A stretch of 62,141 nucleotides of DNA, the filler included, from Hausera hauseri (taxonomy: Eukaryota), in the NCBI GenBank assembly GCA_046269625.1. It is 12 parts of 12 records of this genome, joined end to end, with 100 filler letters (N's around TTAATTAATTAA, not from the genome) between each part and the next. Parts side by side here need not be neighbours in the genome. Positions count along the whole stretch, not along the records: positions 8,974 to 13,773 come from JBJURY010432250.1; positions 13,874 to 17,951 come from JBJURY010775980.1; positions 18,052 to 26,641 come from JBJURY010589889.1; 9 more parts are not named here. One strand, 5' to 3'. Position numbers and translations under genes: made by a program. The notes under the pieces are model-generated. The model made no database searches. It was given only the letters and a program-made list of their open reading frames with translations, and was not told where the DNA came from. Position 1 is the first letter of the stretch; each line of letters opens with the position of its first letter. This document shows, piece by piece, positions 11,950 to 23,983 of this stretch.

Positions 11950-12850
11950 TTTCGTTCCATTCTCGCTGGCGCATTTCCTAAACTCCATGTATTGTCTTTG
12001 CAACGTACTTTAAAACGTTTTTCTTCCAAATATTCCAGATAGTCTCAATGATATTCAAATCTGGTGAAATGGCTGGATAATAGTGTAACAAACATATATA
12101 TCTAGATTACAAATTTGTCGTAGATTGCACGGAGATCCGTCGTGCATACAAATATCATCAGGGGCATAAAATGGAAGAATACCTTATTCCAAAACACTTT
12201 GATACACAGATGAATCTAACCTATTAGCACACCGAATCAATTTTTTGATCCATCGCCTCGAACACATACCCAAACTAATAAGCATTTGCAAAACATTAAT
12301 ATCTTGGTAGTATTTTCGATATACCTTTATTCAATACGTCGTCTAACAAACTCTTTTGTCGGGAATGCAATTCAGTCCTAGATTCATCGCTAACTATTAC
12401 GTTTTTCCAATAATTAAACCTTTAATTTCTATAATCTATGTACCATTGTAATCGAGTCATAATTTGCTTTAAAAAGGTTTCTTCACGGCCAATCTTCCAT
12501 AAAGGCCATATTTCCTTAAAATATTCATACTTTATCGATTGATACTTTAATTTCTGTAATTCAATCTTTGTTGTGATCTCTAGCAGTATATTTGTGATTT
12601 AAAATTGGCAGTCTTTTAAGTTTTCGCCTTTCACGTAATGTTGTTTTTGGTGGTATTCCGCTTCTGATGTTGTCTGAAACGTCTATGGTAAATCTTCATT
12701 TCTTCCATATATTTTGGACTGATAAACATGACAGAGGATATATTTCTGCTACTTTACTGCTCCTTGTATTAAATTCTTATTTGTTTGTTATTTCTTGTGT
12801 TTGTAAAATATACATTAAAAGTGCCTGGAAATTTTTGCAATACCATAATG
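11950..12850 (-). mobile_element. Degenerate Tc1-type (DD34E) transposon
   Basis: WKNVIVSDESRTEL and SPDLNIIETIW motifs; terminus-like sequence at ~12775-12850 resembles 13305-13385. Confidence 0.75.
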
Positions 12851-13029
12851 TTTATCAATATTAGTCTTATGCATTAATCGCCATCTTCAGTAACTTGGAT
12901 TCAGCAACAGACGATGTCGAGAAATTCCATATGATTTGACTCCTATGCAGGCTCAAGGTCGTATAGACATCTGTAAATAACTCCTTGCCAATCATCAGGA
13001 TGTCCGATTCTGGAACTAATTGTGAATGT

Positions 13030-13270
13030 AGAGGAAAAATGGGTTTATTTAAGCAATCCCTACAAGACTAATCAATGGTTAATGTCCAGCCAACCAGCAG
13101 TCCAGGTTGTTCGAACAAGACGTTTTGAAAAGAAGGTTATGCTGTACGTCTAGTGGAATTTTGAGGGAGTACTGCACTTCGAACTCGTTCCAGAAGATGA
13201 TGCAATAAATGCTAACTTCTATTCTGAACAGCTGCAATTGGTTCATGAAGTTTTGCGAACACGCTACTTT
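13030..13270 (+). mobile_element. Mariner transposase fragment
   Basis: KKVMLYV*WNFEGVLHFELVPEDDAINANFYSEQLQLVHEVL. Confidence 0.75.
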
Positions 13271-13873
13271 GCGAGTACAAAACGATGGCCCTTACTTTAA
13301 CAGCTTTTGTTTCTTTGTTTGTCATTTCTTGTGTTTGTAAAGTGTGCATTAGAAGTGGCAGGAAACTTTTGCAACACCCTAATATTAGAAGTCTAATTAT
13401 TTACAATCTCATTTACATTCGCAAATTGGGATCCAAAAAATCGACTACTTACATCCAGTAATGGAATGGTACTTTCTGAAACATAAGAACGTTCTTCAAA
13501 CATTTTCTTTGAGGAACTATTTTTAATTTATTTCTTTTTGTTATATAGTAATTTAAAATTGTTGTATTTTTATATTACTATAAAACAAATTTAAATTACA
13601 ATTAAAAAATTGATATTTTTCTAATTATATTGAAATCTGATAAAATAAAAAAGATTTAAGAAAACTTTAATGATGTAATTTTCATTAACAGTATTAATTC
13701 TGATTAGACAAACAATTCATTAACAAGCAAACCAGGATAAAGCAATTTTTCTGATTATGCCCATTCGTTTTATNNNNNNNNNNNNNNNNNNNNNNNNNNN
13801 NNNNNNNNNNNNNNNNNTTAATTAATTAANNNNNNNNNNNNNNNNNNNNNNNNNNNNNNNNNNNNNNNNNNNN

Positions 13874-15191
13874 TCCTTATCCACAAGTTTTCGCTTAATC
13901 GAAATGCTGGCGACATGGTATATGTACAATGTTGATGTACATATGGTTTCTTTGTCGGATCCAATAGTATCCGTGTAATTGGTTGCAAGAAGCACGGCTT
14001 TTCCTTGTATCAAATAGGTAACTCTATTGTACAGTCAGTAGTTGGTCTTAATTTGACAGCTACTTTTGTACATTCGAAGGTTACAAGCGTTTCACCCATT
14101 GTTCGAGCGAACTTCCCTTCTGCATCATTTATTATTTCATCCGTTATCGATGACAAATACATCCGATTTCTAATTATCTCTCTATTCAGTTTGCAATCAT
14201 TTAATATTATCTCTCGATACATAACATAAATATTTTCTTGCTGGAAGTAATAAATAAAATCAATCGTATTATCAAAACAGAGGTGGGGTTTCACATATGA
14301 TTTGTCAATCTTCCTTNNNNNNNNNNTTTGTTCGGACTACTGTGTGGTCACATCTCCTAGTATCATTTTCTAGTTTAAATCGCATTCCGTCTTGGGGATT
14401 TTCTGAATATACTATGGTGGCAGTCTCAATCATATCCGATACTCGGTCTAGTCTGCTCTTAGATATTTCTTCTTTGTACATTCATCCTTTTGTTTCGTCA
14501 AACTTTCCTGTTTTTAACAAGGCTAACTGACACTGATTCCTATAATCTTCGTATGACATGATTGATTTATCGGTGTCACATTCTTTATTATAGTAATCAC
14601 ATTTAGGGAATGTCATCATCTTTCCTGAGGATAATTCGAAGATGGCATCGTACTCTCTCAGTTAAACTTGATAATCTTCAATGGCCACTATATTGTCCAA
14701 AATTTCACCCTTTATATTGTAGTACTCACTGTTACAATATCCCGTCTTATCAATTGTCCCAGCCACAAAAATTATTTTATTAATAATTTTTTCTTTCTGG
14801 GCTTTCAATCGAATATTGCCAATATTAATCTGTTTTGTCACAAAAGTCTATGCACAATCGTTTACTTATAGGAAGTGGCTCGAGCGGAGTAACTGGTTCA
14901 ATTATTGGTGAATTTCGATACCAATGTCCGCAAATAAAATGAAAGTGATTTTTTAACAAAGCATTATTTCACCTTAGTTTTCACAAATTGCGACTCTTGA
15001 TAAACGTAGTATTCTTTTTCTTATATTGTAGTTAATGACGCTGGATTGTCAAATGGACATTTTTCTAGGTCTAGTAAGGAATATATTGGACCTTATTTAG
15101 CTTGACTACAATCGTAAGCAACGATTAAAAGTCTTTTTGGCATCAGGCCAAACAGAAGGAGTATAGGTATAACTTTAGTCAGCCATGATAA
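13874..15191 (-). pseudogene. Chuvirus-like (class III, gB-type) envelope glycoprotein, N-terminal two-thirds
   Basis: Hydrophobic signal VIPILLLFGLM then IVAYDCSQ..YSLLDLEKCP; NDCKLNREI; GKFARTMGETLVTFECTKVAVKLRPTTDCTIELPI. Confidence 0.8.
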
Positions 15192-15945
15192 ATCGAAGTC
15201 TGGTTGTAGATTTCATTGGCTCTTTGATTGTTGTGGTGGACGATATTCTGTTCGTTGTTGTGTAACTGGAGCCGATTCATGTATTGCTGTATGAACCAAA
15301 CTGGTAATCCTTCTACCTCTACATCTTACCCATCCTTTAACATTGGCCTTTAAAGCTCTTGTAGCAATTTATATATTTCTCTTTATCTCTTCCTGATTCG
15401 GATTTACACCATTCATCACCATTATCTTATACAAGAAATAGGATATTGCTGTCACGATTTTATTTCGGTATATGCCAGTCCCCATCATTCTAGATCATAT
15501 GTCTCTTTCCTGAATTTCATTTATCCTCTCATCCGTAAGGACATCTTCATATTGTTAACTAATCTCATTCCTTATAACTTGCATTAGTGATTCCGGTATT
15601 TGCAGATTAGTATTAAACTCAAGGAATTTATTGTGCATTCTTGCTAACAAGTTTTGTAGTAATGTTGTCAGTGATACATTATCTACGTCATATTCATTTT
15701 CCGTTGTTAGCAATCTTCGAACGACTTTGTCATCTCTGGCTTTCCTGCCTTTCAATTGATAGAGTTTCATCGTTCCTTTTGGTCTGCCACGGTTTCTCTT
15801 ATCCGTTTTATATTTGTTCTGATATAGGAATATTCATTCCAGTTTCTATTTGTTGAGTCTGATGCTGATGTTCAGCTTCTTCCATTTCTTTTCGCCTAAC
15901 ATAGGTGATAAGTTCGTCAATTATCTCTTGTTCCGACTGTTTATA

Positions 15946-16160
15946 AGTAATTCTCACAGGATTGTATCGGTTTTCACAGATTCCTACTTCATATGAAGTT
16001 TTGTAATCCATCAGCGTTCGTCCGTAGAAGCCTAGCTCTGATTCTCTTTGAGACTGGTTTATTTCGTTAATTTTATGTTTTAATATAGCTATTGTATGCG
16101 ACGATTTCATCCTCAGAACATAAAAGTCCTGGTTATACTGTTGGAGAGTAACCATTACTT
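15946..16160 (-). other. Ubiquitin-like domain inside the Gag-Env reading frame (also ~50010-50225)
   Basis: VMVTL..YVLRMKSSHTIAILKHKINE..LGFYGRTLMDYKTSYEVGI aligns to ubiquitin TIENVKAKI..LIFAGKQLEDGRTLSDYNI; no C-terminal GG. Confidence 0.65.
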
Positions 16161-16899
16161 TAGGGTTTTCTCTGACTGTCCTCACTCTATCAGCGTACCG
16201 GTAAATTATATATCGTGCGACATTTTAATATGGACTTGTGCCAGCAGCATACATTAACAGCAAGTCCAATAAATTAACAAATTGTTGAATGCTGATTGTT
16301 GGCGACAGTAACTTGGGCAGGTCTTGTCTATACCAAATGCTATCAATTAATTCTCGGTTGGCATAACTGGATATTTTTTGAACTATTTCTACGCTATCCT
16401 GATCTAAATCTACAGGTGAAGACTCATAACTTGGAAACTGTTCCTTTATTTTCTTTTTCCTTATTCTTTTTACCTCCTCTTTGGGTTCACTCCCTCTACT
16501 TGACTCACTCTTTTCACTTCCACTTTCGGAGGGTAAGTTCGGTTCCGGAGTCTACAATTCCTCTTCTTGTATCAAAGGTTTATGCTTTTTCTTGGCCTTT
16601 TTCTTTACTGTATTCGATTCTGATACAGGAGTCTTTTTAAACCTACCAACAGGTCCAAAATTCATTATTATGTCTTTCCTCACAATTTTTTGCTCCTTTA
16701 ATTCAAGATACAGCCGTTTTATTTCAGCTATCTTATCTTCGTCTTCTATTGTATTACTTTTGCTTTCTTTTGATTTAGATCTGATCTTCTGCTGTAGTTT
16801 TTTAATTGTTCCTTCAGGCTTTGTATCTGTAGTTTCATGCTCATTATCCGTATCAGATATATTGCCTACTATGTCAACATTCTTCTTCTAACTTAACTG

Positions 16900-17669
16900 T
16901 CCTTGGTTAGGACAAAAGCGAGCTATATGTCCGTATTTTTGACAGGCGAAGCATAATGGTTGGCCGTTCTGGTTAACCGTTGATTTCCTTATCGCAGATT
17001 TTTGAGGTTGGTCTGGTTATTACGGAACCTTCTTTGGATGTTACTTTGTTTGATTCTGGGTTTTATAAAACAACTTTTGAAAATTTTTCACCCTTTTATC
17101 ATCGGTTCTAGGAGGTTTTTTGGTATTTTCCAAACTTTCATAGTTCAACTCAATTTTTCTAGCTTTACTGACAGCTTCTTTATAGGTGTCAGGATCGGCA
17201 AGCATAATATAGTTTTGAACTTTCTTATGAACTCCATAGCAGAATTGAGCCAGGAGGGCATCTTCTCTTATATCGACATCTGCGTAGGTTCCCCGAACCA
17301 ATGTCTGAAAGGCACATGCAAATTCTTGCACTGTTTCGTCTTTCCACTGACGTTGCGTGTTAAACTCTCCTATTCAACCTTTCCCGATGGGTCTACTAAG
17401 AGTCTTTCTTCCAAGGCGTCCTCAAGGCTAGCCCAATTGGCTTTGTCATCATCCGTAAGCTGATCATAGGCACCAAGTGCCATTCCTTTAAGATGTGAGG
17501 GAAGACGCTGTATCCTAAGGTCATATGACCATGCAAAAGTTTGTGAATACATTTGGTATTGCATTAGAAAGTCACTATAATCTTGGTCCGGTTTTCCTTC
17601 CAACTTATCCATCTGAAGGACCATTGTACCAGTTGTACTTGAGCCAGTTCCCATTTCATAGATAGACAT
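16900..17669 (-). pseudogene. Gag (capsid plus CCHC nucleocapsid)
   Basis: LEGKPDQDYSDFL..LPSHLKGMALGAYDQL, QFCYGV..PDTYKEAVSKARKIE, zinc knuckle. Confidence 0.85.
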
Positions 17670-17805
17670 TGGATTCCTTTCTATGTAAGTATTTGGTTCA
17701 ATTAAGGGGTTTTCGTCTGATTCAGAACTACTCCTTGCTGAATCAGTGCGTGAAATTGTAATATTACCATTAACTCTACTTTAAGTGTTTTATGCCAGTG
17801 TGCCT

Positions 17806-17822
17806 GCTAACTCGGGTCACCA
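17806..17822 (-). promoter_or_regulatory. Primer-binding site
   Basis: ..TTATCA-C-TGGTGACCCGAGTTAGC; consensus with 51789-51805 (TGGTGCCCCGAGTGAGG) resembles the complement of the elongator tRNA-Met 3' end. Confidence 0.65.
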
Positions 17823-18051
17823 GTGATAATTTTATGAGGTTTGGAAGAAGTTTGGGTCTTCACAACCCTAAACGTATACTATTACTTATACACAAAAGGT
17901 CTGGAGTTTCTCGTTCCCCCTAAAGCAGCGTTTTACTATTTAGTCTTAGAANNNNNNNNNNNNNNNNNNNNNNNNNNNNNNNNNNNNNNNNNNNNTTAAT
18001 TAATTAANNNNNNNNNNNNNNNNNNNNNNNNNNNNNNNNNNNNNNNNNNNN

Positions 18052-18955
18052 TTGAATACCGATATCGACCTGGAAAAGATAATACAGACGCAGACGCGAT
18101 TTCTAGGTAACTTTATGTGAAAATAGTAGCCGCAGCTTATAAACCACGAGATAAAGAAAAGAACAAATAACAGAACGAAAAAATTATCAATGAGATGCTA
18201 TAAGAACAGCGACAAATTCATGTTCGTAATATCGAAACATTACAAAATCGTGATTCATTCATTGTTCGAGTAAAACAATTAACAAATGGACATTCGCCTG
18301 ATCTAATATTACAAAATATTTAGAAATTCTACGAAAAACACAAAGAACAATCGGGAATAGAAGATTATATTCCAAAACTCAAAGTTGACGAACGAAAATT
18401 GATAATCGTACCTAACCCAGCAATAAAAGCCGTCATGTTACAAGAATGTAACTCACATCTAGACGGTCACCCATCTTTAAACAAAATTTGGAGCGTACAA
18501 CTGCTAAATATTATTGGTCTCAAATGAATAAGCATTGAAAGATGGGTTCGTTCTTGCAAAATTTGTGCTATGCGAAAAGATAGAGGTTTTCGCACAAAAC
18601 CCTTTCTGAGCAGTCTTCCCGAAGCACGCAAACCTATGGAAGTTTGTTCAGTAGATATTTCGGGACTTTTTCCAACCGTAGATGCTGGATACAAATACAA
18701 ATTATCACTTGTCGATTATTACTCCGAATATGTTGTTCTAATACGATTGAAGAACATTACCATAGTACTTTTGCAGAAGCATTCTTCTATGAAATAGTGG
18801 CAGAATTAGACAAACCGAAACAATTGTTAACCGACGGTGCGTCGTATTTTGTTAGTGAGTTTTCGAGAAACTGTCAAAAATATTTCAGTGTTACACACTT
18901 CCTACAATCCATAATGCAACGGTACGGTTGAAAGAATGAATTGGACAATTGAAGG
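18052..18955 (+). pseudogene. Ty3/Gypsy integrase fragment, cut by the LTR at 18956
   Basis: YRPGKDNTDADAISR, HLDGH..CKIC, PMEVCSVDISG, LVDYYS, LLTDGA, NGTVERMN. Confidence 0.85.
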
Positions 18956-19186
18956 TGTTATTAGATCGCGTCTCTACCATCTCAACCTCAACTTCATTTG
19001 ACGATTGTAAAATAGAATTATCCATAAAGATTTATTATAAAAGTTTATATAACATTTATCTCCTTCAGTCGGGAAATGAGTCTTATTTTCCTTCTTTTCT
19101 AAATTTCCTGGCTTTCTGTTGACTGTTTACTGAATTATCTTTGGATTAAATTTAAACGTTAATATCCGTTGCAATTGCTCCTCACA
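18956..19186 (-). repeat. 3' LTR
   Basis: TGTGAGGAG...TAATAACA, preceded by PPT AAAAGAGGGGGA (19187-19198); aligns along its length with 23753-23983. Confidence 0.92.
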
Positions 19187-19199
19187 TCCCCCTCTTTTA

Positions 19200-22130
19200 A
19201 GAATTTTCGCGGTTTTTCCACATTTCTTTCCAGTACTCTGCCGTCCACATGTTGCAGTACATATCGTCTATCGTGTTTTCTCTGAATGATTTCATATGGC
19301 CCTTCATATTTGTTTTTATCTTTTGCCACTGATTCCCTCTGTATTAGTACGCTTTCTCCTACTTGGAATACCCTTTTCAGTGGTATTCTTTCTGGGTCGT
19401 TGCTCTTCGTTGATTCTGTTGTTTCATTCCGTCCATGCCATCTCTGTCTATGTATCGTTCTTCCAAATATTATTTCTGCTAGACTCTTCCCTGTTGTTCT
19501 CTAAACTGTCGCATTCAACGTAAATTATATCTCTGGCAGTATCTCTTCCAAATCTGTTCCTCATCGATCGTGGAGAGTCGCACCTATATATTCTCTAATT
19601 GTCTGGAATTACCTTTTCACTATACCATTGGTGTTGTGATGATACGTGCTCGAATATCACATCTTGATGTCCATTGATGCCGTCATGTCTTTAAATACGT
19701 TAGACTCAAATGCTTTAACGCAGTCTATGTGTATCTCTTTCGGTGCGCCGGATTTGAGAATCCATGTATTTAGCACCGTATCTTTTATTGTTACTTCGTC
19801 CTGTTTTGCTACTGCCGATAGTGATATATATCTGTTAAACTGGTCTATGATGGCCAATATATATTTTTTCTTCTTTCAGGTTTTTTTAACGGTCCGAAAA
19901 TGTCAATGTAGATCTTCTCGAATGGTTCGTTTGAAGTTAGTCTCAGGATCTCTTCCTTTATACCCGTTGTCACTGTCTTGTTTCGTTGACATGCCTCACA
20001 ACGTCCAATCACTTCCTTGACGGTGTCTTTTATGTTTGTCATATCGTAGTTACTGCTTATGTATTTTGTTAATTTTTCTATTCCGGCATGGGATAGCATG
20101 GCGTGGCATTGCTTTATCATTTCTCCCCTCTTATCCGTTGGTATCCATATCTTGCCTTTTCGTGTCTTTACTATGCCATTTTCTACTATGAATTTCCAAT
20201 GCTCTTTCTTTGAGATGTCTTTTTTTATTTCTTCAATTTCTTTGCTGTCTTTCTGATATGGATATGCTTCTGTCGATTCTACTGCGTTTATCCGCCGAGT
20301 CTTGATCTTATGGGTTTTGGCCTCTTCGTGAGCTAACATGCATTGTATGCATGTGCCGCAATTGGCCCGGGATAACATGTCGGCGTTTGCGTGATCTGCT
20401 CCTTTTCTGTATTCCAGTCTTATGTCTAAACTTGATAAATAGTTTATCAATGTTTGGAATTGTGCTGTTATCGGCATTTTTGTTTTCAACATGAAGGTGA
20501 TCCGTTCTCAGTGTAAACCTTCTCCCATACAGGTAATGATTAAAATGTTGATAGAAGTAATACATACCGAACAACTCCTTCCGTGTAATGCAATAGCCCT
20601 TTTCGTGGTTATTCATTCCGTGTGATCCGTATATAATCACTCTTTCATGTCCTATACTGTCTTTCTGTGATAATACTCCTCCATTCGTATCGTAGCTCGC
20701 ATCTGTATCCAGAACAAATCCCTTTTTGAAGTCTGGGAACCCTAGTATGGGTAGGAACGCCAAAGCCACCTTCATTTTTTCAAATTCTTTATTGTAAGTC
20801 TCTGTCCATACCAGTTTTTTGTTGTTCCGTCCGCATATCTGTTCTAATTCCTTAACTTTTGTGGCGTATCCTTGAATAAATCTCCTGTAGTAACTGCAAA
20901 TCCCTTAACACCTCCTGAGATTTTTTACACATTTTGGTTTCTTGAACAATCTGATGGCGTCCAGCTTGGAGGGATCCGTTTTTATACCTTTGTTATTTAC
21001 AATGTGTCTCAAGGATTTTACCTCTGTTTTCAAGATGTGGCATTTCTCTGGGTTTATTCCCAATCCCACCTTTTTGACTTGATCTAGTACATTCTCTAGT
21101 ATTATGTAATGTTCTTCTAATGATTTCGAAAAGATCAATATATCGTCTAGGTATACTATAGTTTGTTCGATATCTCCCAGTACTTTGGTCCTCAGTTCTT
21201 GGAATGTACCTGGCGCTGCTGCTATACCAAAAGGCATTCTGTTGAAATAAAATTGTCATTGTTTAGTCCAGAAAGCTGTTTTCAACTTAGATTCTTCCTC
21301 TAGTTTGACCTGGTAGTATGCGTTTCCCAGATCGATTGATGTGGAATATCTAGCTCATTATAATTTATGAATCATTTCCATCATATTCGGCATAGGGTAT
21401 GCTTGTCATTCTGTGACAAGGTTTAACTCTCTAAAGTCTAAACAAATTCTGACATCGTTTTTCTCTTTCTTTCAGACGCAGATCATCGGAGTATTCCAAG
21501 TTGAATTACATTTCTTGATGATATTGTTTTCTCATAGGTTTTGGATGGTCTCATCGATTTTACATTCTAGATTCACTAGTTGGATATGCGGTTTGGTGTT
21601 AATTGGTGCGCCTTTTGTGTCTATTCTATGCTTGATCAATGTTGTACAGCCGATATCCCATTTATCCGCCATGAAGACTTCTTTGTTCTTCTGTACTATG
21701 TCCAATACGACTGAGTTTTCGTTTATCCGCAGAATCTCCTTCGCTCTTTTGAATCATTCTTCATTCGTCATTTTCGACCAAATTTTGCTTGTAAGTTGCA
21801 TACATTATACCCTTGTTCCTCCCCATCTTTCTGTCGCCAACCTAATTCGATGCCAGGTCCTTTGTAGTTCCACTCCTATTATTTCTGGTGATATATCTGT
21901 CACTACTATGGAAGTTACGCGCTTCTATACTGCCTTGAGTATAGAAGTGCTTAACTGTACTCCACATTTACGGAGAGTTCACTCATGCAGTCCAAGAGTG
22001 AATACCCATACCATTTGAATAGCGGAGTATGATATCTGATTTCTCCCGCCGGACATCTGTCCTACTCATCAAGTTCACCCGTGCCCATTTGTCCAATAGG
22101 CAGTTTTCCCATCTATCTTGTATCTTTATT
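19200..22130 (-). pseudogene. pol (RT, RNase H, integrase; protease region decayed) with many frameshifts and stops
   Basis: MPFGIAAAPGTFQ, VYLDDILIFS, FVLDTDAS, YCITRKEL, LRTDH, HAMLSH..CEAC, IDIFGP, YEGPYEI. Confidence 0.9.
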
Positions 22131-22313
22131 TTTATACCTGGTCGTCCTTGTAGTTTGCCGTACGTGATTCTTTTCCATCAATCCTTCCAGGGAAAAAAAT
22201 CCTGTCTTCATGGAGGCTCTCGTTTTGACTTTCTGTAAATCGCAGATCTTCATTTCTGTCCCCAAACGTTTCCTTTTTTATGAACCTCCGTACCTTTTCC
22301 TCTGTTCTTTCCT

Positions 22314-23822
22314 TCATTTCTTCAAAACCTTGTCCATTCCTTTGAATATCTTTGGAGCCTTTGGAGTTGTTTCATATAATGCCCCGACTGGCTCCACTTC
22401 TGTCGGGGCTCTGCCTTTTGGGTTTGTCGACTCTGTGATGGATTCTTCATAGTATTCGTCAATATTTGCAACTTCTGCGTGTTTGCAGTTCACTCTTTCT
22501 CCATATATTTTCTGACCATACCCCGCACGTTTGAAATTGTCGGTATACGTATTTTGTCCTCTTCTGCTCTTGTACAATCTTGTGTAACATGCTTCTTCCA
22601 TGTGCCCTGTATTATGACATTGCATTTTATGTTTATGCAGTTTCGTCTTGTGTCCTTGCTGACCGCACCCATAGCATAATATGGGTTTCCTTTCTGGGCA
22701 ATTCATGTTAATGTGCCCTTCTTTCCCGCAACCAAAACATCTTGGTGCATGTTGGAGGTTGCATGTCCTGCTTGTATGCCCATCCTTTTGGCACGACAAG
22801 CATTTCATCGTGCTCTTCCTGCGTATTGTACAGTTGAAGTCCATTCTTTCCTGCCTTGGTTTGTCAAATTTGTGCACTACATCCCGGTAACTTCGTCGAC
22901 ACTCTCTAGTGTATTCTCTGACTGTGTTTATCTCTTCCGTCTTTGTTGCCACTTCGTGGACTTTCCCTATTTTCTCTTTGACGTTTTTTTCGTCACTGCG
23001 GTAGATTTCCTTTCTCATCTCTGGATTGTCAGAGCAGTGGATCATCAATTCCTATGTTAGAGCTTCCAGTGTTGCTTTGTGGCTAAGAATGATCTTCGCC
23101 AGTTGTTCAATTTTGTTGAAGTAGGCGTCTGATTCCCCGTTCTGTAGTTCGAGGCCTCATGCATATCACACAGCGTTGTGGGTTTTGAAAAGGCTTTTCT
23201 CAACTGGTTTTGGTATTCTTTCACCTTCTGGTTCACCAGATTGTATTTTTCCTGCGCTTCTTCCGCCAAAAGACACGGAACCGGTTCTGCCCCCCCCTCA
23301 TTCTGTAGTTAAAGGCCTCATGCATATCTCCGCACAGCGTTGTAGGTTTTGAAAATGCTTTTCTCAACTGGTTTTGGTATCCTTTCACCTTCTGGTTCAC
23401 CAGATTGCATTTTTCCTGCGCTTCTTCCGCCAAAAGACACGGAACCGGTTCTGCCCCCCTCATTCTGTAGTTAAAGGCCTCATGCATATCTCCGCACAGC
23501 GTTGTAGGTTTTGAAAATGCTTTTCCAACTGGTTTTGGTATCCTTTCACCTTCTGGTTCACCAGATTGTATTTTTCCTGCGCTTCTTCCGCCAAAAGGCA
23601 CGGAACCGCGGTTTCCCGGTCCAACTCCGGCATCTTTAAGAAGTCGAAGTATCTCTCGCATTTCCCAATAAAGGTTTCCACGTTGTCACCTTTCTGGAAT
23701 TTTTTGGGCATTAATTTCATCTCGAAGAAGTCCCTTGAAGCGTTGGTCGCCATGTTAGTAGATCGCGTCTCTACCGTCCAGACCTCAACATCACTTGATG
23801 ACTGTAAGATAGAATTATCCAT
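22314..23822 (-). pseudogene. gag with about four CCHC knuckles and an internal triplication
   Basis: CLSCQKDGHTSRTC, CFGCGKEGHINMNC, CYGCGQQGH.., ..NTGHMEEAC. Confidence 0.85.
23140..23608. repeat. Three near-identical ~162-bp tandem units in gag
   Basis: Units start at 23140, 23301 and 23463. Confidence 0.9.
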
Positions 23823-23983
23823 AACAGATTTATTATAAAAGTTTTATAACATTTAACTCCTTCACTCGGGAATTGGGTCTTTTTTTCCTTCTTTTCTGAA
23901 TTTCCTGACTTTATGTTGGCTGTTTATTGAATTATCTTTGAATTACATTTAAACGTTAATATACGTTTCAATTCCTCCTCACA
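23753..23983 (-). repeat. 5' LTR, followed directly by PBS TGGCGACCAACG (23741-23752)
   Basis: TGTGAGGAG...TACTAACA|TGGCGACC. Confidence 0.92.

Larger units (their letters stand above)
13874..17951 (-). mobile_element. Ty3/Gypsy element copy A: partial LTR, PBS, gag-linker-UBL-AT-hook-glycoprotein; degenerate and truncated by the contig end
   Basis: Collinear with 46520-51805; Gag CCHC CFACQKYGHIARFC; glycoprotein motifs. Confidence 0.85.
18956..23983 (-). mobile_element. Full-length but degenerate Ty3/Gypsy element with two 231-bp LTRs
   Basis: LTRs TG..CA at both ends, PBS, PPT, gag then RT-RH-INT order. Confidence 0.92.

Noticed and set aside
16296-17463. Hydrophobic plus-strand ORFs as membrane proteins
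   Set aside because: Antisense shadows of the Lys/Glu-rich Gag linker
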